This document shows positions 28,348 to 37,135 of a DNA stretch of 40,830 nucleotides, one piece after another (the stretch's first letter is position 1; the number at the start of each line of letters is the position of its first letter). The notes under the pieces were generated by a model that saw nothing but the letters and a program-made list of their open reading frames with translations, was not told the origin of the DNA and did no database searches. The stretch covers positions 1 through 40,830 of the forward strand of contig CAZSTA010000007.1 of assembly GCA_964609495.1 (NCBI GenBank), given 5' to 3'. The position numbers and the translations under genes were made by a program. The stretch is from an uncultured bacterium (lineage in GTDB: Bacteria; CAZSTA01).

Positions 28348-29301
28348 TCAATATACAATTCTCTTCTTATCGGAATTAGCATACCACTCTATAGTTCTTT
28401 TTAATCCCTCTCTGAAATCGATCTTGGGTTCATAATTAAGTAGATTCTTCGCTTTAGATATGTCTGCTAGGGAATGTCTCACATCTCCTGCTCTTGGCTC
28501 AGCATAGATCGGCTTTATAGAAGTGCCTAGAAGATTATTCAGCTCCTTCACAATTTGGTTGATCGTGATTCGCTTTCCACAAGCTATATTGAATACTTCT
28601 CCAGCAATCCCTTCCTTAGTAACTGCTAAAATGTTTGCTTGCACTGCATTAGCAACATAGGTTAAATCACGGGATTGCTCACCATCTCCATAGATTACAG
28701 GTTGCTTGCCTTTTAACATAGCTGTGATGAATTTAGGAATAACTGCTGAGTATTGAGAGGTTGGATCTTGCCTAGGACCGAAGATATTGAAATAACGAAG
28801 CATCACTGTCTCCAGGCCATAGATCTGATAGAATACTTTACAGTAGCGCTCCCCGGCTAACTTGGACACGGTATATGGAGAGAGCGGATCTGATTTCATC
28901 TCTTCCTTTTTGGGCAAGGTGGGATTATTCCCATATATCGAAGAGGAGGAAGCATAAACTACTCTTTTTATTCCTGCATCACGGGAAGCTATAAGAACAT
29001 TTAACGTTCCTGTCACATTGACTTCATTAGAAGTTAGAGGTTCTTCCACTGAGCGAGGAATCGAGGGAAGGGCGGCTTGATGTAAGACATATTCGATGTC
29101 TTCCACCGCTCTTTCCACAGTCTTTAGATCTCTGATATCTCCTTCAATTAGATCGATCTTGCCATCTAGTTCAAGGAGATTCTCGCGACGACCAGTAGCA
29201 AAATTATCTAATACCCTAACTTTATGTCCCTGTCGAGGCAACTCAGCTACAATATTAGAGCCGATAAATCCTGCTCCACCGGTAACTAGATAATTTGACA
29301 T
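28348..29301 (-). CDS. NAD-dependent nucleotide-sugar epimerase (WbpP/UDP-GlcNAc 4-epimerase-like)
   Basis: GGAGFIG, HQAALPSIPRS, ASSSS, YTVSK, RYFNIFGPRQDP, YSAVIPKF. Confidence 0.9.
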   Translation of the reverse strand: MSNYLVTGGAGFIGSNIVAELPRQGHKVRVLDNFATGRRENLLELDGKIDLIEGDIRDLKTVERAVEDIEYVLHQAALPSIPRSVEEPLTSNEVNVTGTLNVLIASRDAGIKRVVYASSSSIYGNNPTLPKKEEMKSDPLSPYTVSKLAGERYCKVFYQIYGLETVMLRYFNIFGPRQDPTSQYSAVIPKFITAMLKGKQPVIYGDGEQSRDLTYVANAVQANILAVTKEGIAGEVFNIACGKRITINQIVKELNNLLGTSIKPIYAEPRAGDVRHSLADISKAKNLLNYEPKIDFREGLKRTIEWYANSDKKRIVY

Positions 29302-29368
29302 CAAAGTAGCCTCCAAACTTTATATACTAAGCGCTATCATAATTCCATCAATAATTTGAAACTACCTA

Positions 29369-29397
29369 ATCATAACCTAACTTCTTCGGATTGTCAA
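29369..29397 (-). promoter_or_regulatory. Sigma70-type promoter for the epimerase/GT-C cluster
   Basis: TTGACA-17 bp-TATGAT. Confidence 0.7.
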
Positions 29398-29403
29398 GGG
29401 TTA

Positions 29404-29871
29404 TCAACGGCTATCCGCCAGCAATTCCTTCAGAATAGCTTCGATCACCGAAGGTATCGCTTCCTCAACTCTAGGGCTAAGTGCTATTCTGAATCTATCG
29501 AGTCGCTCTATCTCCACCCCTAAGATCACGATCTCCTTTGGCCAATCATCCATCCCAACTCGTTTCCCCAACTCTAAAGCGCTGGCTATATTCCAATTAT
29601 GAGCGGAGATCGGAAATAACTCCGCGGGAGGCAGATCTTCATCGGTGAAACGATGAATGGTTCCCGGCTCTGCTCCGCTCAACACAGCATCTATGATGAT
29701 CACCTTCTCCGCGGAAGCTATCATATCGAGAAGGGATAATCCCGGAGTTCCAGCCTCGATAACCTTAACATCAGCAGGGAGCTGATATTTACTCAGCTCC
29801 CTGACAACGTTAAGTCCTATCGCATCATCTGAAATTAGTTGATTACCGCAACCAATCACTAAACGGGTCAT
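29404..29871 (-). CDS. Hydrogenase maturation endopeptidase
   Basis: GCGN.LISDDAIG, IIIDAV, SAH motifs of the HycI/HybD family. Confidence 0.92.
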   Translation of the reverse strand: MTRLVIGCGNQLISDDAIGLNVVRELSKYQLPADVKVIEAGTPGLSLLDMIASAEKVIIIDAVLSGAEPGTIHRFTDEDLPPAELFPISAHNWNIASALELGKRVGMDDWPKEIVILGVEIERLDRFRIALSPRVEEAIPSVIEAILKELLADSR

Positions 29872-29905
29872 TTACTTTATAATTTGAGAGGAGAGATTTC
29901 TCCCT

Positions 29906-31213
29906 CTACGATCGCTCAATGTTGAGCTTGAGGAAATGTGCCGAGCAAGAAATGCATGGATCGTAGCAACGGATGAAGGTCTCGCTCCTAAAAGATATCT
30001 CCTCCTCAGACAGATCCATATATTGAGGCACTAACTTCCAAAGATTCTCCTCTATATTGGCACTATTCTGAGCGGTGGGGCTTACGATCTCTGCCTTTTG
30101 AACTATTCCATCCTCATCGAAGATGTAGTTATGATAGAGAAGACCTCTTGGAGCCTCCGAAGCTCCCCATCCTTCCCCAGCCTTGGTAGTAACGGTTAGA
30201 TCCTCTTTCTTAGGCTCTCCTAAGAGGTCGATCGTCTTGATGCAATCATCGATACTATGCACTATCTCTATAGCTCTAGCCAAGGCGCTCTTATATACAT
30301 CGAAGTTCGGGAATTTGACCCCGGTCTCCTCCGCGGCCTTCTTAGCATCATCGGAGAGAAGATCGAAGTTTATGTTGACCCTGGGTAGAGGACCGACCAT
30401 ATAGGTATCCTTATCATTCACAAAGGAGCGGAGAGCGTTAGAGGGCGGCACATGGTGTTCGGTGATATAGCTTCGAAATTCCCTCAAGGGAATATTCAAA
30501 CCCCTAGTAGAACCTAGATTACCCCTATTTCCATGGCTATTTATAGCATAGTCCTCACCAAATTGGTCGATCAGAGCGATATGCTCGCAATCTCTGATGA
30601 ACTCTGGCATAGATAGGGAGTTGACCAACTTAACAGTTTCCAGAGCATCCTCTTTAGCGTTATCCAGACGCTTTCTTATCTCCGCAAGCTGAGCTCTGGT
30701 AGGCACCGAAGTGAATCCCTTTACTTGAGTGGTAACAGGATGAACCTCCCTACCTCCAATAAGCGCAGTTAGATCATTGCCTAACCTCTTCAGTCTTAAC
30801 GCCCTCTTAACTACGGGAAGATACTCCTCTGGCAAAGCTAAAACACTTTCATAACCCAAATAGTCGGGAAGAGCGAGCATATATACGTGAAGAGCGTGGC
30901 TTTGAATCCACTGACTTAGAGCGAGAAGTTTGCGTAGATATACAGTCTGTTGACTAGGGGTGATATCAAAAGCATCTTCTATAGCCGCAGTGGAGGCCAT
31001 CTGATAGGAGACTGGACAGATACCACAGATCCTAGCTGTCATATCAGGAACATCATAGTATTTGCGACCTACCAGAAAAGCCTCGAAGAATCGGGGAGGT
31101 TCATATATATTAAAGATCAGCTCAGTGATCTTACCGTCCCTGATCTTGATATCTAACTTCCCCTCTCCCTCCACTCTAGCCAAAGCCTCCACCTTTATCG
31201 TCTTATCACTCAT
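29906..31213 (-). CDS. hydA: Group 3b [NiFe]-hydrogenase large (alpha) subunit
   Basis: RVEGEG, RFFE, RICGIC, EAPRG, DPCISCSAH plus a short C-terminal extension. Start ATG 31213 overlaps the delta-subunit stop. Confidence 0.93.
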   Translation of the reverse strand: MSDKTIKVEALARVEGEGKLDIKIRDGKITELIFNIYEPPRFFEAFLVGRKYYDVPDMTARICGICPVSYQMASTAAIEDAFDITPSQQTVYLRKLLALSQWIQSHALHVYMLALPDYLGYESVLALPEEYLPVVKRALRLKRLGNDLTALIGGREVHPVTTQVKGFTSVPTRAQLAEIRKRLDNAKEDALETVKLVNSLSMPEFIRDCEHIALIDQFGEDYAINSHGNRGNLGSTRGLNIPLREFRSYITEHHVPPSNALRSFVNDKDTYMVGPLPRVNINFDLLSDDAKKAAEETGVKFPNFDVYKSALARAIEIVHSIDDCIKTIDLLGEPKKEDLTVTTKAGEGWGASEAPRGLLYHNYIFDEDGIVQKAEIVSPTAQNSANIEENLWKLVPQYMDLSEEEISFRSETFIRCYDPCISCSAHFLKLNIERS

Positions 31214-31973
31214 AATTTTCCGCCCCCTTTCGGAAAGCTTCTGCGTTACCAGTGAACATCCTAAAATGTCTGACGATATCATCATTAGAGAGACCTAGCC
31301 TCTCTAAGATTCGTCCCATACTCTCGGGATTAGCGTCCTCCATAGGTCCGTGACATCCATAGCAACCCCGACCTCGGGTGGGACACAGAGCTTTGCAACC
31401 AGCCCTCGTCACCGGACCCATACAGGGGATACCATAAGCGGTTAATAGGCATATATTACCATTGAGCTTACATTCCATACAGACGCTGTAAGGTCTCAGA
31501 GCAGGTTTTCTCCCTAATAAAGCGCTTACGATGAACTCCACTAATTCCTCTTTATCTATAGGACAGCCATGTAGATAGGCATCCACCGGGATATACGTAT
31601 CTATACCAGTTGACAATTCTAAAGTGTGAACTTCCTCGGGTTTCTCATAAACCGTCTTTTTATATACTTCAACATCGGCCCAATTCTTAAGCGCCTGAAC
31701 TCCTCCCACGGTAGCGCAAGCTCCTGTAGCGACTAATAGCTTGCACTCCTTCCTGATCTCCTTTACTCTCTCCACCTCTTCAGGAGTAGTTATCGCTCCC
31801 TCTACGAAACAGATATCGTAAGGGCCAGGAGCATTATCCCTTTTAGCTTCTACGAAGTAAACGATATCTATAGCCCCGATGAGATCGAGTAACTCGTTCT
31901 CTAAGTTGAGGAACTCCAGTTGGCATCCTGAACAAGAACTAAATTTGAATATCGCAATTTTGGGTTTACCCAA
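31206..31973 (-). CDS. hydD: Group 3b [NiFe]-hydrogenase small (delta) subunit
   Basis: SCSGCQ, VEGAI, GACA, GCP, VCMECK, CMGPVTRAGC, CYGCHG. Confidence 0.92.
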   Translation of the reverse strand: MGKPKIAIFKFSSCSGCQLEFLNLENELLDLIGAIDIVYFVEAKRDNAPGPYDICFVEGAITTPEEVERVKEIRKECKLLVATGACATVGGVQALKNWADVEVYKKTVYEKPEEVHTLELSTGIDTYIPVDAYLHGCPIDKEELVEFIVSALLGRKPALRPYSVCMECKLNGNICLLTAYGIPCMGPVTRAGCKALCPTRGRGCYGCHGPMEDANPESMGRILERLGLSNDDIVRHFRMFTGNAEAFRKGAENYE

Positions 31974-31998
31974 CCCGTTTCACCTCCTCCAATCTTAC

Positions 31999-32847
31999 TC
32001 AGACGGTAAGTCCAAAGCTTCCCTTAATCGATCTGTAGCAGAATACTGGACCATCTTTGCAAACATACTTGGGACCTATTTGACAATGACCGCACATCCC
32101 TACTCCACATTTCATCCTTCTCTCCAGGGATATATAGATATCGTCTGGGGTAAATCCTCTACTGATAAACTCGAATACCACGAATCTCATCATAATCTCT
32201 GGGCCACAGGTTAAAGCTACTGTATCCTTGGGCTCAACCTCAGTCTTGCTAAATAGGGTGGTGACTACCCCTACGTTATGCGACCATTCCTGTCCCTCGG
32301 GAATTTTGTCGACACTGAGCAGGAATTCGGTATCCTCATTATCTGCCCAGCTCTCAAATTCATCAGTGAACAGCAGATCATCAGGGGTCCTAGCTCCATA
32401 TAATATCTGAACTTTGCCATAATCGGAACGATTCTCGAAGACGTTGGTTATGAAAGGACGAAGGGGGGCAAGCCCGATACCTCCAGATACGATGATAAGA
32501 TTCTTCCCTTTCGCTTCCTCCACCGGCCAGGAAGAGCCATAAGGTCCCCTTACCCCAATTACATCTCCCTCGCTAAGCTTGGCTAAAGCATTGGTGACAT
32601 CACCTACCGCTCTAACCGTGTGATCGAAGGAATCCTCCTTGCTTAAATCAGAGCTTAAGGATATAGGGGCCTCTCCGATCCCAAATAACGTCACCATATT
32701 GAACTGACCAGGTTGGAAAGAATACTCATTTTGCTTCCCATCTCCGGCGAAAGCCAAAGTATAGGTGGTGGTATCATAGGTTTCTTCTTTTTTCGCCTTG
32801 ATCACAGCCGCTTCTGGTTTAAGAGGATTTTTCATTTGCATGCTCAC
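31999..32847 (-). CDS. hydG: Group 3b hydrogenase gamma subunit (FAD/NAD(P), 2Fe-2S)
   Basis: PGQFNM, GEAPIS, RGPYG, GGIGLAP, CGPEIMM, MKCGVGMCGHC..CKDGP. Confidence 0.92.
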   Translation of the reverse strand: MSMQMKNPLKPEAAVIKAKKEETYDTTTYTLAFAGDGKQNEYSFQPGQFNMVTLFGIGEAPISLSSDLSKEDSFDHTVRAVGDVTNALAKLSEGDVIGVRGPYGSSWPVEEAKGKNLIIVSGGIGLAPLRPFITNVFENRSDYGKVQILYGARTPDDLLFTDEFESWADNEDTEFLLSVDKIPEGQEWSHNVGVVTTLFSKTEVEPKDTVALTCGPEIMMRFVVFEFISRGFTPDDIYISLERRMKCGVGMCGHCQIGPKYVCKDGPVFCYRSIKGSFGLTV

Positions 32848-33895
32848 CTCCCTTTCTTATCTCGCGGATTATCTCGGTAAGATCTATTTCGGCAGGACAA
32901 GCCACAATACAACGACCACATCCCACACATCCCCAAGAGTTATACTGCTCCCTAGAGTAATTAAGCTTGTGATAGACCCACTGCTTTATCCTAGCGCTTC
33001 TCTCCTTTCTGAAGTTCCCTCCGTGAACAGAAGCGAACTCGAGCAACTGGCAGGAGTCCCACACCCTACCTCGCTCAATGTTGCTAAGACTGAGATCGAC
33101 TTTATCAATCACATCATAGCAATAGCAGGTGGGGCAGACCATCGTGCAATTCCCACAACTTAAACAATCGTCCTTTACCTTCTCCCAATAGGGATTATCA
33201 AACTCGCGATTTAAGATCTCGGGAAGATCGCGAGTATCTATAAACTTATCCTTCGGCATCTGATCGATAGCGATCTGGATCTTTCTGTTCTTAAGGTCTA
33301 GCTCCTCCATAGTAGCCATCCTCAAACCCATCCTACGAACTACCGCTCTTCCCTTCTCACTCCCAATCTTCATCGTATAGCGATCTCCTAGGTTAGTGAG
33401 AAGTAGATCGAAGCCTTCATCCTCCAGATAAGGCCCGGCTCCCACAGAGGTGCATAGACAATTCTCCGCTATCTCCGTGCAGTTTAAGGCGACTATAAAG
33501 GTATTCTCCCTCCTCTTGGCATAATAAGGATCGTAGAAATCCCCTGTGAAAACTTTATCCAAATAGAGCATGGCATTCACATCACAGGAGTGAACTGCAA
33601 ATAGAACCTGTTTAGTTTCAGCAACTTCGGCTTCCTTAACTTCAAAGTCCTTCGCTTTTTTGACATAGAAAATAGTTTCCATTGGCTTGTGCAAAAAGTA
33701 TTTGAGAGGCAACATATTGCTACCGATGTAATGAGCCATCTCGTTTGCTCTAGCGATGCGATCGAAGACTATCACCCCATCCCTCTCGATAGGGCCATAA
33801 ATCTCATGATTCTCAGCTAGTATCTGCACAAGGCGACTCATATCCGCCTTCCACAGAATTACGGTGTCTCCTATTCGATATTCCTCTTCCGCCAT
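32819..33895 (-). CDS. hydB: Group 3b hydrogenase beta subunit (4Fe-4S)
   Basis: CLSCGNCTMVCPTCYC, WDSC, CVGCGRCIVACP. Start ATG 33895 after GGAGG; the ORF-track start is the -35 box. Confidence 0.92.
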   Translation of the reverse strand: MAEEEYRIGDTVILWKADMSRLVQILAENHEIYGPIERDGVIVFDRIARANEMAHYIGSNMLPLKYFLHKPMETIFYVKKAKDFEVKEAEVAETKQVLFAVHSCDVNAMLYLDKVFTGDFYDPYYAKRRENTFIVALNCTEIAENCLCTSVGAGPYLEDEGFDLLLTNLGDRYTMKIGSEKGRAVVRRMGLRMATMEELDLKNRKIQIAIDQMPKDKFIDTRDLPEILNREFDNPYWEKVKDDCLSCGNCTMVCPTCYCYDVIDKVDLSLSNIERGRVWDSCQLLEFASVHGGNFRKERSARIKQWVYHKLNYSREQYNSWGCVGCGRCIVACPAEIDLTEIIREIRKGGEHANEKSS

Positions 33896-33926
33896 TATTC
33901 GACCTCCCCTCGGTTTTAGTCCTCTA

Positions 33927-33955
33927 ATTATATCAAATTCCAGGAAAATGGTCAA
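33927..33955 (-). promoter_or_regulatory. Promoter of the hydrogenase operon
   Basis: TTGACC-17 bp-TATAAT with TG extension. Confidence 0.75.
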
Positions 33956-33962
33956 CCATACT

Positions 33963-33980
33963 TTGAGAAATTTTTCACAA
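33963..33980. promoter_or_regulatory. Rex-type (or CRP/FNR-type) operator
   Basis: TTGAGAAATTTTTCACAA, one mismatch to TTGTGAA-N4-TTCACAA; 7 bp upstream of the -35 box. Confidence 0.6.
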
Positions 33981-34003
33981 AGTTGCCGACAAACCCTCTC
34001 CTA

Positions 34004-34090
34004 TAAAGGGAACTTCTTGCTTCAAATAAAACTAAAGTGTTCTGGTAACTTTTGCTTCCCAAAATATATAAGGTTAAAAAGTTTCCTTTA
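34004..34090. mobile_element. 87-bp MITE-like element, copy B
   Basis: Terminal inverted repeats TAAAGGGAACTTCTT / AAAAAGTTTCCTTTA (13/15); internal repeat GGTAACTTTTGCTTC. Confidence 0.7.
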
Positions 34091-34093
34091 TTA

Positions 34094-34843
34094 TCAAGTT
34101 CGTTTAACTTCCGCTTCCTGTCTAAGCTTCTCATACATCAACAAAGCGCAGGTAACGCTTACATTTAAGGACGAGATATGTCCCTTCATCGGTATCCTCA
34201 CGATTCGATCACATTTAGATTTAATAGCCTCGCTTAAGCCCTTATCCTCACCTCCTAAGACGAAGGCTACTGGTCCTGTCAGATCAACCTCATAATATAT
34301 ATCATCGCCCTCCATATCGGCTCCTATGATCCATACTCCACTGCGTTTTAGAAAGCTTATGCTGGACATAATGCTTCCTCTGATCACTGGAACATACTCG
34401 CTGGCTCCCATTGAGATTCTAATCACGTTGGGAGTTACCCCTGCCCCTTGCCTGCTAGGAACGATAACTCCGTGAACTCCAGCAGACTCGGCGCTCCTCA
34501 AAATCGCTCCTAAATTCTGCTCATATAGAACCTCCTTCAGAATCAAAAGAAAAGCCACTTCTCCCTTAGCTCGGCAATCCTCAACCAGCTCCTTTAAAGA
34601 TATACTCCTGCGAGGTAAAGCCCACCCGATTATACCTAGATGGACGCCTGTCCTTGAGATATCATCCAGTCTATGTCTATCTACTTTCTCTATAGAAACC
34701 TTATTTTCTCTAGCAAGAGATATTATCTCTTTGAGCTTTTCATCCTCTCTAGCTTGGGAATCGAGGAGGAGTCTCTTGAACTTCCGACCCGCTCTCAACG
34801 CCTCCAGAATCACATTTCGCCCCTCTAGTTGTTCCTGCTTCAT
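34094..34843 (-). CDS. rlmB: 23S rRNA 2'-O-methyltransferase, TrmH/RlmB family
   Basis: NLGAILRSA, GGEDKGLS, IPMKGHISSLNVSV SPOUT motifs. Confidence 0.88.
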   Translation of the reverse strand: MKQEQLEGRNVILEALRAGRKFKRLLLDSQAREDEKLKEIISLARENKVSIEKVDRHRLDDISRTGVHLGIIGWALPRRSISLKELVEDCRAKGEVAFLLILKEVLYEQNLGAILRSAESAGVHGVIVPSRQGAGVTPNVIRISMGASEYVPVIRGSIMSSISFLKRSGVWIIGADMEGDDIYYEVDLTGPVAFVLGGEDKGLSEAIKSKCDRIVRIPMKGHISSLNVSVTCALLMYEKLRQEAEVKRT

Positions 34844-34852
34844 ATATCAGTC

Positions 34853-35245
34853 TTACTCACCCTCTCCTTCTTCCAGCTTATCTTCTCTGATCTCCTCCTC
34901 CAAAATCTCACCTCGTTCTCTCTTCGCCTCTTCTATTATCTTGCGACCTCGCTCAGCATCATTTTCCAAAACTAGAATAGAAACCTCCCCTAATCCATCC
35001 ACGGTGAAGGGAAATACTGTCTGATCGACATTAGTCTGAAGGAGGCTAAGTATCCCTTCGCTTTCAAGTAATCCCTTGATTATATAAGCTTCATTTTCAT
35101 CAGCCACTTTATATATACTCACGGTATCAGCGTTAAGGAGAGGATTATCTTCGGAAGGAAGCTCATCTACTAAAAAAGTCCCACAATCTGGACATACCTT
35201 TACACCTTCCACATACTCAGTTTTGCAACTTGGACAATAAGGCAC
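34853..35245 (-). CDS. Zinc-ribbon plus DUF2007 (PII-like) protein
   Basis: YCPSC..CPDCG, EAYIIKGLLESEGI, V.ILV...DAE. Confidence 0.75.
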   Translation of the reverse strand: MPYCPSCKTEYVEGVKVCPDCGTFLVDELPSEDNPLLNADTVSIYKVADENEAYIIKGLLESEGILSLLQTNVDQTVFPFTVDGLGEVSILVLENDAERGRKIIEEAKRERGEILEEEIREDKLEEGEGE

Positions 35246-35277
35246 TTATCTCCTCCTTGAGGATAACGATGGAATCC

Positions 35278-36105
35278 TTATCCTTCATCATTATTTTTTA
35301 TCTCTTCTATAAAACTGGATATATTCCCTATTTCTTCAGATAAATAATCGATATCGTCCTCGGATATGATAGCGGTCTCGGGATTGATATTAAGGATTAG
35401 AAGTTCTTCATATTTTTTCTCCGCTTGTTTAAGAGAAGGAGCGAGTATCTCCAATTCGGTATTCTCCTTCTCTAGTTCTTCCAAGATCCCGAGTAGCTCT
35501 ACCAAAGTAGCGAATAATTTTATGGATTCGGCTAATTTATCCTTGGAGAAGGCATGACAGCTCAGATGATAGAGAATATCTTCAGCGTCAAATTCTATAT
35601 TTGATCTATAATGGGATGAAAAATCATTTTCCGACTTTAATAGATGCTTCCTATCTGAAGATCGAATTAATATCTTTGAAGTAGATCTTAAAGCCTCCTT
35701 GATAAGACAAACGGAGAACTCCTCATATACAACTATCCGAAAAGGAGATTGGCTACTGTTTGAACTTACACATTGATATAGCTTGAAGATCTCATATTCA
35801 TCATATCCCTCTTCCACCCACGAGATTTGAGCTTTAGCCAATTCGCTATCGTTTATCCAAATAGCGGAAGCTAGAGTGGATATATCAATAGGATCGATAT
35901 CGCCGAAGATATCGAACTCCTTCGGTAAAATATAATGTAATTTCTCATTCAATCTTCCGATATGGCTCATAAGAAACCTAGCAGTCCACATATAGCGCGT
36001 AAAATCTCTCTCCAGCCTTCCAGCTATAATCCTCTTCAAAAAGGGATATTGATAGCTGTAATGCTTCAATCCCTCAAATAGATAATTATCGTGATCTTCT
36101 CCCAT
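35278..36105 (-). CDS. Hypothetical protein
   Basis: 275-aa ORF with GGGGAG RBS, in operon orientation; no recognised motif. Confidence 0.65.
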   Translation of the reverse strand: MGEDHDNYLFEGLKHYSYQYPFLKRIIAGRLERDFTRYMWTARFLMSHIGRLNEKLHYILPKEFDIFGDIDPIDISTLASAIWINDSELAKAQISWVEEGYDEYEIFKLYQCVSSNSSQSPFRIVVYEEFSVCLIKEALRSTSKILIRSSDRKHLLKSENDFSSHYRSNIEFDAEDILYHLSCHAFSKDKLAESIKLFATLVELLGILEELEKENTELEILAPSLKQAEKKYEELLILNINPETAIISEDDIDYLSEEIGNISSFIEEIKNNDEG

Positions 36106-36140
36106 ATTATCTCCCCGGTGGCCCTTGTCCCGCTCATCGG

Positions 36141-37097
36141 TTAAGAGGCGATCACCACCTCATCCTCTATAACTGAATTTTCAGTAAGGCACGCCTCCTT
36201 TAATATCACTGCATTTCTTATCGTGACATTGGAAGGGATGTAGCAATCCCTCTGGATATATACATAAGGCCCTATCAGACAATTAGAGCCGATGATAGTT
36301 CCGTCCTCTATCCTTACAGGATTTATTACCTTAGAATCACTTCCCATATCTAATTGGGAGAGATCACGAATATGATCATCCTTAGCTAGATAATGCATAT
36401 TTATATTTATTAGATCTGCGGCGCTAGTCAGGTGAAATCTCTGCTCGGTCATAATCCCTTTTACTCCCCCATCATTATCGATCATCATCTGGATAGCATC
36501 CTGAAGCTCATATTCGCCTCGAGGAGATAATTTCACCTCGGGTAAATAGTTGAATAAGTGCGGCTTAAAGGTATATAGAGTAATGCTAGCTATATTAGTT
36601 GGTGCTTCTTGAGGAGAAGGTTTTTCGATTATCATCTTAACCACATCACCTTCGAGCTTGACTGAGCTGGAACGGCTTAACTTAGCCCAATCCATCCTCA
36701 TAAGACTCAAAGTAGCGTTATTATCCTGGGAGAGATGACTATCGAGTATCTCAGATATATGAGATACCGGGACTATATTGTCACAAGCTGAAACTATGAA
36801 ATCTCCTCTCACCATATCAGACACGGTCATTAGGGCATTAGCCATCCCCAATCTCTCTCTCTGAAAGGTGAACTTAATATCGACTCCTGGCTTAGGGTTA
36901 TTCGAGAAGTGATTGATGATCTCATCATCTTCCTCGCTGACTACCAATATGAACTCTTTTATACCAACTTCGAGGAGATTATCCATTACCCTCTCCACAA
37001 TGGGTTTGCCTAAAATAGGGGCCATCGCCTTGGACATTCTCAGAGTAACTGGTCTTAATCTCTTACCCTTGCCTGCCGCCAGGATAACTGCTTGCAA
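36141..37097 (-). CDS. Sugar-1-phosphate nucleotidyltransferase with C-terminal hexapeptide beta-helix
   Basis: AVILAAGKGKRLRP, Q...LGMANA, IEKP, SPRGEYELQDAI. Confidence 0.88.
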   Translation of the reverse strand: MQAVILAAGKGKRLRPVTLRMSKAMAPILGKPIVERVMDNLLEVGIKEFILVVSEEDDEIINHFSNNPKPGVDIKFTFQRERLGMANALMTVSDMVRGDFIVSACDNIVPVSHISEILDSHLSQDNNATLSLMRMDWAKLSRSSSVKLEGDVVKMIIEKPSPQEAPTNIASITLYTFKPHLFNYLPEVKLSPRGEYELQDAIQMMIDNDGGVKGIMTEQRFHLTSAADLININMHYLAKDDHIRDLSQLDMGSDSKVINPVRIEDGTIIGSNCLIGPYVYIQRDCYIPSNVTIRNAVILKEACLTENSVIEDEVVIAS

Positions 37098-37135
37098 GAT
37101 ATTACTCCTCTCTGGTATAAAGTCGGAAGCGACTC

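Noticed and set aside
29906-31213. Selenocysteine ([NiFeSe]) hydrogenase or stop read-through
   Set aside because: Both motifs (RICGIC, DPCISC) use ordinary Cys codons; no in-frame TGA is needed.
33864-34295. ORFs 33952-34134 (-) and 33864-34295 (+)
   Set aside because: They run through the MITE, operator and promoter or lie antisense to rlmB; no protein-like features.
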